Assembly: GCF_018977255.1 (NCBI RefSeq)
Contig: NW_024704742.1
Location: 103,790,001 to 103,854,000, forward strand
Length of the DNA stretch: 64,000 nucleotides
Source: Callorhinchus milii
Lineage: Eukaryota
Reading direction: 5' to 3'
The notes beneath the pieces were generated by a model that worked only from the letters and a program-made list of their open reading frames with translations, made no database searches and had not been told where the DNA came from. This document shows, piece by piece, positions 62,891-64,000 of the stretch; position 1 is the stretch's first letter; every line of letters starts with the position of its first letter. The position numbers were made by a program, and so were the translations under genes.

Positions 62891-64000
62891 CAGTAGATTT
62901 TGCTGACATTATTGCTCATTTTTAAAATTGAGAAACCTAAATGATAGGCTAGACCAAAATACAATACACCACAATGCGTAAAAAGACAAGTCTAGAAAAA
63001 GTTACATGGATTTTTTTGGCACAAATTGCAGATTATAGGAAGAAGGCTTATGGATAAAGTCCCAGATTTTTTAACAAATGTATAAGTATAAAAATGCTAA
63101 GATCCATTTAATTTAGGTTGCAAATTCAAATGTCAACAGTTTAAAATCTGAATTCAAACTTAAACCATCTACAAACAAAATCCTCTGAAAACTTTTGAGA
63201 GTAAACAAGGTTTGCGTTATTTAATTTTGTATACAAAAGCTAACAGTGTAATACTATTGCTATGCAATGTATTTTGGGAAGGTCGCCTAATTGTAGGCTG
63301 CTTGTGAGTTGTAGCTGGACTCAGACTTTGCAGAGAACTTTGGGTTCCAACTCATGACCTTTCTTGGCTTCAATTTATTTCACAATAGTGGTGCTGCATA
63401 AAGTAGAAAATGAAGACCTGAAAATTCTGACTAGACGAATGTCTCTAAAAAGCATAAGAAAATAGACAAAAAGGACAGTCAGTCCATAACGTTTTTCTGC
63501 ACACTACATATAATCAGTTCAGACCCATTAAAACTGATAAAAAAGGTTTTCTCTTCCACTCTTAAATCCAAGTGAATTAAATCCTTCAACCAACATTTCC
63601 ACAGTTTCTGCATTAAAAGAACAACACATTTCAATGCAATCAATCATCTTTATTTGTACTTCTTCCCCCAATCTTTTACATGCTCCAAAAACCTCTTTTT
63701 AAAACTAACAAATTACAAGACACAAAGGGTTGAAACAAATTAGCAGTGATCTCAATACAAAGGACTAGGCTATTAAACCTACAGTAGAACAAATGTTACT
63801 GGTTTCTTTTTATCTTCAAACTAAAAACAAACTGCAGCTTTCTCACAAGTGACTGTGCTGGCTGTCAGTACTGCTAGAAGCAAAGCAATTTTTTTAAACT
63901 TCCTTCGAGTTATTGCATTGTGGGAGGTGGGGGTTGCTGAGAATATTAAACTATTAACACCCAATATTGGAAATCACACGCCAGTTTAACAGTAAGAATG

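Noticed and set aside
1..64000. Prokaryotic systems (CRISPR, retron, defence RT operon) suggested by YADD/FADD reverse transcriptase ORFs
   Set aside because: All RT pieces are frameshifted L2/CR1 fragments inside spliceosomal introns; there are no operons or repeat-spacer arrays
61501..64000. MCC short-isoform first exon or promoter
   Set aside because: No MNSGV-like start and no CpG island; the 5' end lies outside the window

Overview
Vertebrate nuclear DNA, most likely a cartilaginous fish (the repeat content resembles elephant shark/chimaera; this is inference). There is no prokaryotic system, CRISPR array or RNA gene. One protein-coding gene spans almost the whole window on the minus strand: MCC (mutated in colorectal cancer). 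I traced 16 coding exons from 61500 to the TAG stop at 8091. All introns are GT-AG with consistent phases, giving 2427 nt, or 808 aa plus stop, ending in the PDZ-binding motif ETSL. The 5' exon(s) lie beyond the window end. A probable ~3.9 kb 3'UTR runs down to ~4175. The introns hold decayed L2 and CR1 LINE fragments, tRNA-headed SINEs sharing the L2 tail, older Deu-type SINEs, DNA-transposon relics and one inverted Penelope-like element; nearly all other ORF-track entries are repeat fragments or noise. Best leads: (1) an unannotated-looking 108-nt in-frame proline-rich cassette exon at 57773-57880; (2) minimal hammerhead ribozyme motifs in the inverted Penelope element; (3) a near-perfect ~89-nt intronic hairpin at 27891-27979; (4) back-to-back poly(A) signals at 4185-4200; (5) a rare GAG splice acceptor. 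None is a proven new system. Exon coordinates were read base by base; repeat boundaries are approximate.
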